Shown here: positions 46,092 through 54,833 of the stretch, one piece after another
Layout of the letters: every line of letters starts with the position of its first letter
How positions within the stretch are numbered: the first letter of the stretch is position 1
Source: Candidatus Sulfomarinibacter sp.
Lineage (GTDB): Bacteria; Acidobacteriota; Thermoanaerobaculia; Thermoanaerobaculales; Sulfomarinibacteraceae
Reading direction: 5' to 3'
Length of the DNA stretch: 64,000 nucleotides
Assembly: GCA_041560205.1 (NCBI GenBank)
Contig: JBFFBV010000008.1
Location: 1,467 to 65,466, forward strand
Notes under the pieces: model-generated
Told to the model about the DNA's origin: nothing
The model's database searches: none
Seen by the model: only the letters and a program-made list of their open reading frames with translations
Made by a program: the position numbers and the translations under genes

Positions 46092-47282
46092 ATGCAGCAC
46101 GTGCAAACCGGTCTGGAGGTCTTGCTCGAAACACCGGAGCTGATCGGCGGTCGTCCGTGGGCGCTGGTCTCCAACCAGGCGGCCGTCACCGCCGATCTCG
46201 ACCACGCTCGCGCCGCCCTGCGCGCGATCGATCCGGGGCCGCTGGTACGCCTTTTCGCTCCGGAGCATGGGATCGATTGCATCGAACAGGACATGGAAGC
46301 GGTGGTCGACGCGCGCGATCGCCTCACCGGATGCGAGGTCCGGTCGCTCTACGGAAGCACCGCCGACACCCTTTCGCCGAAGCCGGAGGATCTCAACGGG
46401 GTCGAGGCTGTGCTCGTTGATCTGCCGGACATCGGCGCCCGCTACTACACCTTCGCCGCGACCATGGATTGGGTGATGGCGGCGTGCGAAAGGGCTCGGG
46501 TCGAGGTCGTGGTGCTCGACCGACCCAACCCGATCGGTGGTGTGCGGCGTGAGGGCGGGCTGGTGGACGAGGGCTACGAGAGCTTCGTGTCGCAGCTGCC
46601 AGTGCCGATCCGCCACGGCCTGACCTTGGGCGAGATCGCGCTCCTGTTGCAGCGCGACCGCTACCCGCAGCTCGAGCTGACGGTCGTTCCGTGCCGCGGA
46701 TGGCGGCGGCAGGACTGGCTGGACGATACCGGTCTACCATGGGTGCTCCCGAGCCCCAACATGCCCACGGTAGAAACTGCGGGCCTCTATCCGGGCCTTT
46801 GCCTGGTCGAGGCGACGACGCTCTCGGAAGGGCGTGGCACGACCCGCCCGTTCCAGCTCGTCGGCGCTCCATGGATCGACGCCGAGGCCCTGACGGGCCG
46901 GCTGCGCGACCTCGACGTGACCGGGATCGGCCTTCGCGCCGCCCGTTTCCGGCCCGAGTTCGGCAAACACGGCGGTGAGGTCTGCTCCGGAGTGGAGCTG
47001 CACCTCAGAGATCGGCGGGCCTTCAACCCGGTCGCCTTTGGCCTGCACCTGGTGAAGACCGTTCACGATCTTCACCCCGAGGACTTCAGCTGGCGCCCCG
47101 ACCCCTACGAGTTCGTCGGAGACATTCCGGCGCTCGACATTTTGACCGGGTCGTCAGCAGCGCGCGAGGCCATCGAAGGTGGACGAGAGCTCGAACCCGT
47201 TCTCGACTCGTGGCGGCATTCCGTAAAGGGCTTCGAAAGCCGGCTCGAGGGAATTCTGCTGTACCACGAGCGGACCGGCTGA
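46092..47282 (+). CDS. DUF1343 family protein (NamZ-like exo-beta-N-acetylmuramidase family)
   Basis: ATG 46092. LVSNQAAVT, LFAPEHG, VLVDLPDIGARYYTF, VVVLDRPNPIGG, LPSPNMPT. Confidence 0.85.
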   Translation: MQHVQTGLEVLLETPELIGGRPWALVSNQAAVTADLDHARAALRAIDPGPLVRLFAPEHGIDCIEQDMEAVVDARDRLTGCEVRSLYGSTADTLSPKPEDLNGVEAVLVDLPDIGARYYTFAATMDWVMAACERARVEVVVLDRPNPIGGVRREGGLVDEGYESFVSQLPVPIRHGLTLGEIALLLQRDRYPQLELTVVPCRGWRRQDWLDDTGLPWVLPSPNMPTVETAGLYPGLCLVEATTLSEGRGTTRPFQLVGAPWIDAEALTGRLRDLDVTGIGLRAARFRPEFGKHGGEVCSGVELHLRDRRAFNPVAFGLHLVKTVHDLHPEDFSWRPDPYEFVGDIPALDILTGSSAAREAIEGGRELEPVLDSWRHSVKGFESRLEGILLYHERTG

Positions 47283-47289
47283 GCAGCGC

Positions 47290-48462
47290 CTATCGGCGAA
47301 GCTTCCGGAGGCGCACGACCTCCTCGACGATTCGGACGGCGGCCCGGTCGATCTCGTCCGCTGTCGTGAAACGTCCGAGACTGATCCGGAGCGAAGCCTT
47401 CGCGAGCTCTGCTTTGACGCCCATCGCCATCAGGACCGGCGAGGCCTCCGGATGCGATGAGGTACAGGCCGATCCGCTGCTCACCGCGAGGTCCGGGAGT
47501 GAGGCGAGAAGCGCATTGCCCTCAACGCCTGCAAACGAGATATTGGTCGTGCCGGGCAGGCGGTGGTCCGGCGATCCGTTGACCCTGCTTCCATCGACCG
47601 AGGAGATGACGGCCTCTTCGAGACGATCGCGCAAATCGGCGATCCGAGGTGCTTCATCGCCGAGGGCGGCGCCGCCGATCTCGAGAGCCCGGGCGAGGGC
47701 GACGGCCCCGGGAAGATTCGGGGTTCCGGAACGCAGCCCGCCCTCGTGACCGCCGCCGTGAACCAGAGGCGTCAACGTGAGGGACGGCTTGGCTCTTCGG
47801 ATGTACAACGCTCCGATTCCCTTCGGTGCGTAGAACTTGTGGCCCGAGATGCTCAGCAGGTCAACCCCCAGCTCCACCACGTTGACGGGGATCTTGCCAA
47901 CACCCTGGGCCGCGTCGCAGTGGAAAACCGCGCCGCGTGCGTGGGCCAGCTGCGAGGCTTCTTGAACCGGCTGAATGGTGCCGGTTTCGTTGTTGGCGAG
48001 CATGAGGCTGACCAGAACGGTGTCATCCCGCAGCGCCGCCTTGAGCGCGTCGAGCCGAACCTGTCCCCGCCCGTCGACCCCGACCTCGGTCAGCTCCCAC
48101 CCTTCATCGCGAAGTGCACGCAGGGCGGCGATCACCGACGGGTGCTCGGTCTTCTGGGTGACGAGGTGGCGTCCGCGACCTGTCAACGAGTTCGCCGCTC
48201 CAATTAGGGCCAGGTTGTTGGCTTCGGTAGCACCCGAGGTGAACACGACCTCGGCCGACGATTTGGCGCCGAGGATTTGTGCCGTCGTGCTCCGGGCCTC
48301 CTCAAGGGCGGCGAAGGCCTCGCGGCCCGGTCGGTGGCTGCGGCTTGCCGGGTTCGCGGCAACCGCCTCGAAGTACGGCTGCATCGCCTCGATCACTCTC
48401 GGATCGCAAGGCGTCGAGGCGTTGTAATCCAGGTATATGACGTCAGCTGACATGATCGACAT
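47290..48462 (-). CDS. Cysteine desulfurase (NifS/IscS class V aminotransferase)
   Basis: IYLDYNASTP, FTSGATEANN, SGHKFYAPKGIGALYIRR, SSGSACTS. Confidence 0.9.
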   Translation of the reverse strand: MSIMSADVIYLDYNASTPCDPRVIEAMQPYFEAVAANPASRSHRPGREAFAALEEARSTTAQILGAKSSAEVVFTSGATEANNLALIGAANSLTGRGRHLVTQKTEHPSVIAALRALRDEGWELTEVGVDGRGQVRLDALKAALRDDTVLVSLMLANNETGTIQPVQEASQLAHARGAVFHCDAAQGVGKIPVNVVELGVDLLSISGHKFYAPKGIGALYIRRAKPSLTLTPLVHGGGHEGGLRSGTPNLPGAVALARALEIGGAALGDEAPRIADLRDRLEEAVISSVDGSRVNGSPDHRLPGTTNISFAGVEGNALLASLPDLAVSSGSACTSSHPEASPVLMAMGVKAELAKASLRISLGRFTTADEIDRAAVRIVEEVVRLRKLRR

Positions 48463-48498
48463 CGCGATTCTACATGTGGCCGGAGGTCTTTCGCTTCA

Positions 48499-48534
48499 GA
48501 TGCCAGATAACGGATCCCGGATGCCAGATGAACG
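48499..48534. promoter_or_regulatory. Direct repeat GATGCCAGAT[A/G]AACG x2, 21 nt start-to-start
   Basis: 48499..48512 and 48520..48534, in the divergent nifS-like/ribBA intergenic region. Confidence 0.35.
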
Positions 48535-48681
48535 AACACTTCGCGGTCTCGTGGAGGGGCGGGCGGATCTGATAGCTGAAATCCGGAATCCGGTATCTAC
48601 TGAGGAGCCCGGTGCTTGCAGCCAAACCGCGAACGAGCTACCATGCGGGCTCGCCGCGCTGTGGCGCGGGCGGGAGTGTGA

Positions 48682-49899
48682 ATGGCCGAAAAAGACGAGA
48701 GGTTCATCTCGGTGGAGGAGGCGGTAAGGAGGATCGCTCGCGGAGAGCAGATCATCGTCGTCGACGACGCCGACCGCGAGAACGAGGGCGACCTCATCTT
48801 CGCCTCCGACAAAGTCACGCCGGACGCGATCAACTTCATGGCCAAGAACGGTCGGGGCCTGATCTGCGTGTCGATCACCGGTGAACGATGCGACGAGCTC
48901 GAGCTGCCGTTGATGGTCGAGAAGAACACCTCGGCCCATGGCACGGCCTTCACCGTCAGTGTCGAGGTGAGGGAAGGGACGACCACCGGGATCTCCGCTC
49001 ATGATCGAGCAGCGACGGTGCGCGCGATGGTGGACCCGAAGACCCTGCCTGCGGATCTCCAGCGTCCCGGCCACATGTTTCCCCTGCGCGCGAGAAAAGG
49101 GGGGGTGCTCAAAAGAGCAGGCCACACCGAGGCCTCGGTCGATCTCGCCCGCATGGCCGGTCTCACACCATCGGGCGTGCTCTGCGAAATCATGGACGAC
49201 GACGGTCAGATGGCGCGGCTGCCACGCCTCGTCGACTTCGCCAACGAGCACGGTCTCGGGATTCTCACCGTCGCAGATCTCATCGCGCATCGCATGCGAA
49301 CCGAGAATCTGGTCGAGCGGGTCGCGGGACCGGCGCTGCCGACCAATGCTGGTGACTTCCGGATTTACGGCTACCGCAATCGAGTGACCGGCGAGGAACA
49401 TGTGGCGCTGGTCATGGGCAAGATCGTGCCCGATGAGCCGGTCTTGGTACGGGTTCACTCACAGTGCCTGACCGGCGATGTCTTCGCATCGCGCCGTTGC
49501 GACTGCGGTTCTCAGCTCGATGCCGCGATGCATACGATCGCCGAGCACGGGTCTGGGATCCTCCTCTATCTGCTCCAGGAGGGACGGGGCATCGGCCTGT
49601 TCAACAAGCTCCGCGCCTACGAGCTCCAGGACGAGGGAGAGGACACCGTGGAGGCCAACCTGCACCTCGGCTTCAAGGCGGACCCGCGCGATTACGGCAC
49701 TGGCGCCCAGATCCTCGTCGATCTCGGTGCGCGCCGGCTTCGGCTCATGACCAACAATCCGAAGAAGTACACCGCGTTACGCGGCTTCGGTCTCGAGATC
49801 GTCGAGCGAGTGCCGCTCGAGGTACCGCCCACCGAGAGCAATCGCGAGTACCTCGAGGCGAAGAAACTCAAGATGGGCCATCTGCTGAAGATGGTCTGA
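48682..49899 (+). CDS. ribBA: Bifunctional 3,4-dihydroxy-2-butanone-4-phosphate synthase / GTP cyclohydrolase II
   Basis: [30 protein letters not shown]; [31 protein letters not shown]. Confidence 0.95.
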   Translation: MAEKDERFISVEEAVRRIARGEQIIVVDDADRENEGDLIFASDKVTPDAINFMAKNGRGLICVSITGERCDELELPLMVEKNTSAHGTAFTVSVEVREGTTTGISAHDRAATVRAMVDPKTLPADLQRPGHMFPLRARKGGVLKRAGHTEASVDLARMAGLTPSGVLCEIMDDDGQMARLPRLVDFANEHGLGILTVADLIAHRMRTENLVERVAGPALPTNAGDFRIYGYRNRVTGEEHVALVMGKIVPDEPVLVRVHSQCLTGDVFASRRCDCGSQLDAAMHTIAEHGSGILLYLLQEGRGIGLFNKLRAYELQDEGEDTVEANLHLGFKADPRDYGTGAQILVDLGARRLRLMTNNPKKYTALRGFGLEIVERVPLEVPPTESNREYLEAKKLKMGHLLKMV

Positions 49900-49911
49900 T
49901 CCAGCACCGAT

Positions 49912-49979
49912 CCCGATCCCGATCCCGATCCCGAACCCGAATATCGGGACGGGAATACGGGGCCGGGAACGGGAACGGG
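49912..49979. repeat. Opposed hexamer microsatellites: five C3 runs ((CCCGAT)x4 then CCCGAA) followed by G-run block incl. (GGGAAC)x3; i-motif/G4-capable, partly self-complementary
   Basis: Five C3 runs at 49912..49938 and six G3-4 runs at 49946..49979, ending 8 nt before the mfd ATG at 49987. Confidence 0.7.
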
Positions 49980-49986
49980 AACGAGA

Positions 49987-52900
49987 ATGGCCACATTGCC
50001 TTTGCCAGATCTCAGTACGCTCTCTCGCGAGTTGGCGAAGGGCGTCCCCGGGCTCGCGGTCGGCGGCATCGTTCCGGGTGCCCGTGCCCTGGCGGTGGCC
50101 GCCATTGCGGCCCACGGCTGGCCGAAGGGCCTCACGGTCGTCGTCGTACCCCATGTCGCCGAGGCCGGCGATCTGGCGGCGGGGTTGAGTCTGTTGGCGC
50201 CCGAGCTTCAGGTCGGTGTGGCGCCGGCCGAGCTCGCCGGCCCGTATCTCGGGGCGGAACCACCCTTGGCGGCCCGCCTGCAAATGGTCGAGCTCCTGCA
50301 GAGAATATCGAGCCGCTCGGTGGAAATCGTGGTGGTGCCGGCGCGACTCCTGGCCTCGCCCGTGCCAGAACCCAACACGATCGACGATGCTGCCTTGCGG
50401 ATCGCCACCGGGCATACCATCGACCTCGGGGCTCTGCGGGCGGGCCTCGGTGCGGCTGGCTATCGCCGCGTCGATCTAGTCGAGGAGGCGGGCGAGTTCG
50501 CCCTCAGGGGATGGGTGATCGACCTTCACACTGGTGGGGACAGCGGCATCCGCATACAACTCGATGACGAGCGGGTGGAATCGATCAGGTGCTTCGACCC
50601 GGCCGACCAGCGGAGCATCGGCGAGGCGATCGACGATTTCGTGGTGCTGCCCGTCGACCCCTTTCCTGCCGAGCCCGAACGACTGAAGGCGGTCGCGGCC
50701 GAACTGGAAACCGCCTGCCCGGCGCTTGCGGTGCAACTGATGGAGGGGGCGGAAAAGCGCCTCTGGTGGGGAGCACTGCATCTCGGAGGAGGCGCGACCT
50801 CCTGGTTCGAGCTGGCCGACAAGGTGGTCGTTTGCGATCGCGACGAGGTCTCGGGTGAGCTAGCCAGGTGGTGGCAGGTGCAGCAGCGGGAATGGGTAGC
50901 GCTGAGTGGACGCGTCATGGAGCTGCCGCCGCCCGAGCTGTTGTTGCTCGACGCCGAAGCGCTGCGGAGCCGAATCGAAGAGCCGTCGCTTCGACTCGAA
51001 CAGCTCGAGCTGGTGGATGGGTCCACCACGTGGCGCAGATTGTCCACGCGTCCGGCGGAGAACTTCGTTCGTCGTCTGCCCGATCTGGTGCCAACCCTGA
51101 GATCTCGCCGGGCCCAGGACATGGTCCAGGTACTGGTCGTGGCCTCTGCCGGAGAGGGCAGACGCTTCGCCCATCTCCTGCGCGAAGGTGAGGTGGAGCC
51201 GCTGTCGAAAGCGCCTCCGCCCGGTGGTGTCGCGATTCTCGAGGGCGGCCTGCAGCGCGGGTTTGTCTGGGAGGACACTCTCGCCGTTTACGGTCGCCGC
51301 GATCTCACCGCGACCCCACGTCCTCGCAGGCGACGTTCGGGGGTCAGCGCCTTTAGCTCCGATCTCCGGGACCTCCGCCCCGACGATCTCGTGGTCCATC
51401 TGGATCACGGGATCGGCAGATTCACCGGCTTCCGGCGGGTGGTGGTGGAAGGGCGGGAGATGGAGATGCTCGCGCTCGCGTATCAGGGCGGAGATTCGCT
51501 GCTGGTTCCCGTGGAGCGGGCGGACTTGATCCAGAGATACGCTTCGGGTGAAGCCGACGTCAAGCCGAAGCTCGACCGTCTGGGAGGTGTGAGCTGGCAC
51601 AAGCGGAAGGCGAGAGTCAAAAAGGCGGTCAGGGAGATGGCGGCGGAGCTCCTGCGGCTGGCCGCCGTACGGCACGCATCGAGGGGTTTTGCCTTCTCGC
51701 CCGATTCCCCCTGGCAGCGAGAGTTCGAGGATGCCTTCGAGTTCGATCTGACCCTCGACCAGGAACGGGCGGTGTCGGAGATCAAACACGACATGGAGTC
51801 GACGCGACCCATGGACCGACTGCTGTGCGGGGATGTCGGCTACGGCAAGACCGAGGTCGCGATTCGTGCGGCGTTCAAGGCTGTGCTCGACGGGAAGCAG
51901 GTGGCGGTCCTCGCTCCCACCACCATTCTCGTCGATCAGCACCTCGAGACTTTTCGCAGGCGTTTCGAAGGATTCCCGGTCGAAAGCCGAATGCTCTCCA
52001 GATTCGTGTCGAGGGCGGAAACTTCAGAGGTGGTCAAGGGCCTTTCAGAGGGCCGGGTGGACGTGGTGATAGGCACTCACCGGTTGCTTGCGGACACGAT
52101 CGGATTTCGTGACCTCGGCCTGGTCGTGCTCGACGAGGAGCAGAGGTTCGGCGTCGCGCAGAAGGAGCGTCTGAAAAAACTCAGGACCGAGGTCGACGTG
52201 ATCGCGATGTCGGCGACCCCGATCCCCCGGACCCTGAATCTCTCGCTCAGCGGCATCCGTGACATCTCGATCATCGAGACCCCGCCGCGAGACCGACAGG
52301 CGGTCGAGACCAGCGTTCTGGAGTTTTCCGAGGAGGTGGTTCGGGAGGCCATCCTCTACGAGGCCGAGCGTGGAGGCCAGGTCTATTTCGTCCACAATCG
52401 TGTGCGGTCGATCGGCGCCTTCGCCGATTGGGTTCGGCGGACGGTACCGGAGGCGAGCGTCGTGGTGGCGCACGGGCAGATGTCTGAACGCCATCTCGAG
52501 TCCGCGATGCAGGCGTTTCTGGAGGGGAAAGCGGACGTCCTTGTGGCCACCGCGATCATCGAGAACGGGCTCGACATTCCCAACGCCAACACGATGCTCG
52601 TCAACCGGGCCGATCGCTTCGGGCTCGCCCAGCTCTATCAGCTGCGGGGTCGTGTGGGGCGCTCGGAGCGACTGGCTTTCGCATACTTCCTCGTGCCACC
52701 GGGATTGAGCATGACCCCGGCGGCCCGCGCGCGGCTCTCTGCCATCCAGGAGTTCTGTGAGCTCGGCGCCGGTTTCCGCGTTGCCGCTCGCGACCTCGAG
52801 ATCCGAGGCGCTGGAAATCTGCTCGGTGCGGAGCAGCACGGCTTCCTCGAGGCGGTCGGTTTCGAAACCTACTGTCAGCTTCTCGAGGAGGCGGTGGCGG

Positions 52901-53373
52901 AGCTCGAAGGACGCCCGGCAACGGTCCAGAGGGAGGTCGAGCTGCGGTTGGGGATGGATCTGCAGCTTCCCGAGCGATACCTCCCCGAGCCGTCTCTGCG
53001 CCTGAGCTTTTACAAGCGTCTTGCGGCTTGCGAGGACGAGAGCGCCCTCTCAGCCCTCCTGGAGGAAATGGCCGATCGCTACGGCCCTGCACCGGCCCAG
53101 GTCGATGATCTCGCACGCGCCCAACGGGTACGAATGGCGGCTCGCCAAGCCGGCGTGGTGTCGGTGACCCGACGGCCCCGCAAGTGGAGGCTCCGCCTCG
53201 ATCCCACCCTCGGTCCTTCGCCACGACTCGCGGACGCCGTTGCGGCCTGGGCCGGCTCCCAGGTGAGCCCGTCCGGCGAGATGACATTGCCGGTTCGGGA
53301 CGAACACTCGGGCGTCGAAGACGTCCTCCAGTTTTTGCTTTCGATCCGCCGTCCGGACGCCGAGACTTCGTAG
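49987..53373 (+). CDS. mfd: Transcription-repair coupling factor
   Basis: 1128 aa. RNAP-interacting CarD-like region (LVVHLDHGIGRF), helicase motifs GDVGYGKTEVA, LDEEQRFGV, SATPIPRT, GQVYFVHNRV, QLRGRVGRS. Confidence 0.95.
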   Translation: MATLPLPDLSTLSRELAKGVPGLAVGGIVPGARALAVAAIAAHGWPKGLTVVVVPHVAEAGDLAAGLSLLAPELQVGVAPAELAGPYLGAEPPLAARLQMVELLQRISSRSVEIVVVPARLLASPVPEPNTIDDAALRIATGHTIDLGALRAGLGAAGYRRVDLVEEAGEFALRGWVIDLHTGGDSGIRIQLDDERVESIRCFDPADQRSIGEAIDDFVVLPVDPFPAEPERLKAVAAELETACPALAVQLMEGAEKRLWWGALHLGGGATSWFELADKVVVCDRDEVSGELARWWQVQQREWVALSGRVMELPPPELLLLDAEALRSRIEEPSLRLEQLELVDGSTTWRRLSTRPAENFVRRLPDLVPTLRSRRAQDMVQVLVVASAGEGRRFAHLLREGEVEPLSKAPPPGGVAILEGGLQRGFVWEDTLAVYGRRDLTATPRPRRRRSGVSAFSSDLRDLRPDDLVVHLDHGIGRFTGFRRVVVEGREMEMLALAYQGGDSLLVPVERADLIQRYASGEADVKPKLDRLGGVSWHKRKARVKKAVREMAAELLRLAAVRHASRGFAFSPDSPWQREFEDAFEFDLTLDQERAVSEIKHDMESTRPMDRLLCGDVGYGKTEVAIRAAFKAVLDGKQVAVLAPTTILVDQHLETFRRRFEGFPVESRMLSRFVSRAETSEVVKGLSEGRVDVVIGTHRLLADTIGFRDLGLVVLDEEQRFGVAQKERLKKLRTEVDVIAMSATPIPRTLNLSLSGIRDISIIETPPRDRQAVETSVLEFSEEVVREAILYEAERGGQVYFVHNRVRSIGAFADWVRRTVPEASVVVAHGQMSERHLESAMQAFLEGKADVLVATAIIENGLDIPNANTMLVNRADRFGLAQLYQLRGRVGRSERLAFAYFLVPPGLSMTPAARARLSAIQEFCELGAGFRVAARDLEIRGAGNLLGAEQHGFLEAVGFETYCQLLEEAVAELEGRPATVQREVELRLGMDLQLPERYLPEPSLRLSFYKRLAACEDESALSALLEEMADRYGPAPAQVDDLARAQRVRMAARQAGVVSVTRRPRKWRLRLDPTLGPSPRLADAVAAWAGSQVSPSGEMTLPVRDEHSGVEDVLQFLLSIRRPDAETS

Positions 53374-53473
53374 CTATTCGCGCCAATCGAGCATCAGAGA
53401 TTGGTCCGCTCACGCCCAGGGCCTCCCCGATTTTCGATGGAGAAGGCGCCCTGCGCAGGCTTACCATGAGTGT

Positions 53474-54706
53474 GTGGTTCCCGAGCACGGAGAAGATCTC
53501 GGTCACGGCGTCTATGCCAGCCCCGGTCCCGGCGGTGAGCTGACCGTCACCAGCCCGCGCCTCGATCTCGGGTGGAAGGCTGCCGAGGGGCGTGTCCCCG
53601 GGACGGCAGTCCTGTGGAGGGAACAGTCGTACGAGGTGGCGGGCCGCATCGCTGCGGGGAAGGGCGCTCAATGGACCCTGAGGGTCTGGAATGAGCAGTC
53701 GGCGATGCGCAACGTCTTCAAGCTGAGCCGCGATTCCATTCAAGAACTCGCCGACAGGGCCGTGACCGAGAAACGAAACCGCCGCGCACGCGGCTGGACC
53801 CTGCTGGCGCTACCTTTGCTCGGCTTCGCGCCGGCAGCGCTGCAAAAGAAGTGGGCGAACGAGTGGGGATTTGCCGCGGATCGCGCGACGCTGCTGTCGG
53901 CCATCATTGAAATGCTCGCGGGAGCGGCGGGTACGGTCCAGCTCGCTGCGGCGGCCTTCGGTGCCGACTTTTTCATGCCGCCCTTCCTGGCCCTGCCAGG
54001 GCCCCTGCTGTTTGTCTTCGGTGCCGCCCGCCTCGCGATGGTCTTCGGCGACGGTGAACCTGTGGGATCCCCTCTTGGCGCACCGCTCCTGCTCTTCGTA
54101 CCGGATCCAGTGTCCGAGCCCGATCGGTCGACTCCCTCTCTTCGCCTGTTCGAGGACAGCCAAGGTGTGCTCGAGCTGGAGTCGCCGATACTGCGGCAGG
54201 ACTGGGACAGAGACGGGCTCTTGCGCTTCCGTGGCGGACTTTTTCGGCTCGACGTCGTCGAGCAGCAGGGGCGGTCGTGGCTTTACCGCTTCAAACGCGA
54301 TGACCGGCGAGGAGAGGAGGAAAGGCTTCTTCGCTTGAAACCGCATTGCGCGGCCGCACCAGCTCGTGTCGAGAGGGCGGCTCCTCCCTCCTTCCTGCGA
54401 ACGATGCTGATGACGGCCGCACTGACGCTCGGTCCTGCCTCCGATCAGAAAAGGTGGGCGGCCGAGCTCGGGATCCATGCGCTCTGGCTCACGTTGATGG
54501 GGAGCGTCGCGGAGCTGGTGGGTGGCATCGCCAATCTCCAGGAGGACCTGGGCATGGCACAGAGCTGGCTCGTTGCGTTCGATCTCTTCCTGGTCGGCGA
54601 GGGCCTGCTGCGACTTGGCTCGGTTCTCATGGGACGGCCGATGGGCAGCGTCTTCGGGTGGGCGCTCCGGCCGTTGTATCGCCGCCACCTTCCGCCCATT
54701 CAGTGA
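53474..54706 (+). CDS. Membrane protein of unknown function with internal two-fold duplication
   Basis: GTG start (uncertain). Two copies of a soluble segment plus ~3 TM unit (LALPLLGFAPAALQKKWANEWGF... versus LMTAALTLGPASDQKRWAAELGI...). Confidence 0.65.
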   Translation: MVPEHGEDLGHGVYASPGPGGELTVTSPRLDLGWKAAEGRVPGTAVLWREQSYEVAGRIAAGKGAQWTLRVWNEQSAMRNVFKLSRDSIQELADRAVTEKRNRRARGWTLLALPLLGFAPAALQKKWANEWGFAADRATLLSAIIEMLAGAAGTVQLAAAAFGADFFMPPFLALPGPLLFVFGAARLAMVFGDGEPVGSPLGAPLLLFVPDPVSEPDRSTPSLRLFEDSQGVLELESPILRQDWDRDGLLRFRGGLFRLDVVEQQGRSWLYRFKRDDRRGEEERLLRLKPHCAAAPARVERAAPPSFLRTMLMTAALTLGPASDQKRWAAELGIHALWLTLMGSVAELVGGIANLQEDLGMAQSWLVAFDLFLVGEGLLRLGSVLMGRPMGSVFGWALRPLYRRHLPPIQ

Positions 54707-54763
54707 CCAGTAGCCAGTAATCAGTGGTCAGTTATTGAAGATCAGAGATCAGCCTGAACGTTC

Positions 54764-54816
54764 GAGGGGGTGGGCGGGACTGGGTACCGGCTCCTGCTTA
54801 CTGGAGGGGTGGGCGG
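54764..54816 (+). repeat. Direct repeat GAGGGG(G)TGGGCGG x2; the first copy is a canonical G4 motif
   Basis: 54766..54784 reads GGGGGtGGGcGGGactGGG. The second copy at 54804..54816 is 18 nt upstream of ATG 54834. Confidence 0.6.
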
Positions 54817-54833
54817 CATGGTAATCTTTGCTG

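Noticed and set aside
48463-48681. Possible FMN (RFN) riboswitch upstream of ribBA
   Set aside because: The leader lacks the conserved RFN cores (GGGTGAAATTCCC..ACCGGCGGT, AGCCGACAGT, AGTCTGGATG). It shows only generic G-rich tracts and a GCTGAAATCCGGAATCCGG string.
49900-49986. CRISPR-like or coding Gly-Ser/Ile-Gly repeat
   Set aside because: The units are only 6 nt, contiguous and without spacers. The ORFs through the region (GSGSGS, IGIGIG) are translation artefacts of the microsatellite.
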